From the NCBI RefSeq assembly GCF_044704955.1, contig NC_091999.1, positions 26,846,001 through 26,910,000 on the forward strand: a stretch of DNA of 64,000 nt. The letters run 5' to 3'. The notes below the pieces were generated by a model, which made no database searches, was not told the origin of the DNA, and saw only the letters and a program-made list of their open reading frames with translations. The DNA is from Pristiophorus japonicus. Its lineage: Eukaryota. Positions 63,331-64,000 of this stretch are shown one piece after another. The position numbers and the translations under genes were made by a program. The stretch's first letter is position 1; each line of letters begins with the position of its first letter.

Positions 63331-63401
63331 CCAAGTTTCTATACAAGTTCAACATAACTTCTCACCTTATCACAGATTGCCCTGTATCCCACATCATTAA
63401 C

Positions 63402-63701
63402 CTGACATTGTGATGTTCCACACCGACACACCACGTCGAACCTCGCAGCAGATTGTGCTGCTCCCCACCTCCGACTCGGTGATGGTTAACTGGCTGCTCA
63501 GGGTGCAGGTTCAATTCTTTTTGAGCAATGACGGGTAGGTCTTCAATCCAGTGGTGATCGGCTCTTTATCTTCCTTCCAGAAAAGGCTGATGATGTCAGG
63601 GGAGTAGTCCATCACCAAACAGCCCTACGTGATGGAGCCATCGGTGCTGGGTTGTTCACAGGAGGAGAGCAGGGCGCAGAGGGTGGGGGGAGACGGTGTT
63701 A
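63402..63701 (-). pseudogene. IGHM: IgM Cmu1 exon with two premature stops
   Basis: [62 protein letters not shown]; TAG at 63625, TGA at 63511. Confidence 0.93.
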
Positions 63702-64000
63702 CTGGGAAGGAATGGCCCATTGAACAAGTTAGACTCTGTAATCCGTGCTTACAAAAGAAATAAACAAATCGAAATTTGATTGCAGAATAAACTAATTCCA
63801 CCATTTCTCCATCAAAGACTACACGGGCATTTGAGCTTCTGTCAGTTCTATCGTAAGCACCTGTCAATGCGCTGGTCAGGAACGCACCTCTCTATCACCG
63901 AGCTCTATCACATTACACAACAAGAACCTTTACACAACTCGTCAATAAAGAAGCCTTCATTGGATCATACAATAGCAGAACAGAGACGTTTTTCCTGTTA

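Noticed and set aside
55649-63701. IgW or IgNAR identity for the Ig exons
   Set aside because: Four C exons whose motifs ([30 protein letters not shown]) and SCQ tail match shark IgM.

Overview
Repeat-rich vertebrate genomic DNA, almost certainly from an elasmobranch (shark). The basis is IgM constant exons of shark type, a shark-type GPR139-like GPCR, DeuSINEs and abundant CR1 LINEs. From left to right: (1) 0.2-11.5 kb, a decaying ~1.95-kb tandem array on the minus strand of tRNA-Leu(TAA), a DeuSINE fragment, tRNA-Ser and tRNA-Asp(GTC); (2) 11.5-27 kb, a CR1 patchwork with 54-bp and ~67-bp minisatellites, an orphan CpG-island promoter and an inverted stray array unit; (3) an intact two-exon GPR139-like gene (28423-31452, minus); (4) a 35-bp minisatellite, a 2-kb polypurine tract, a two-LTR endogenous retrovirus (35036-43329, minus) and the 5' end of a second LTR element; (5) an IgM heavy-chain constant-region pseudogene (Cmu1-Cmu4 plus secretory tail, 46341-63701, minus). 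Its tailpiece is split by a CR1 LINE that has itself been hit twice at the same nucleotide by a Tx1-clade retrotransposon. The most notable candidate novelty is this apparent site-specific Tx1 element targeting CR1 LINEs. All coordinates were read by eye; no searches or alignments were run.
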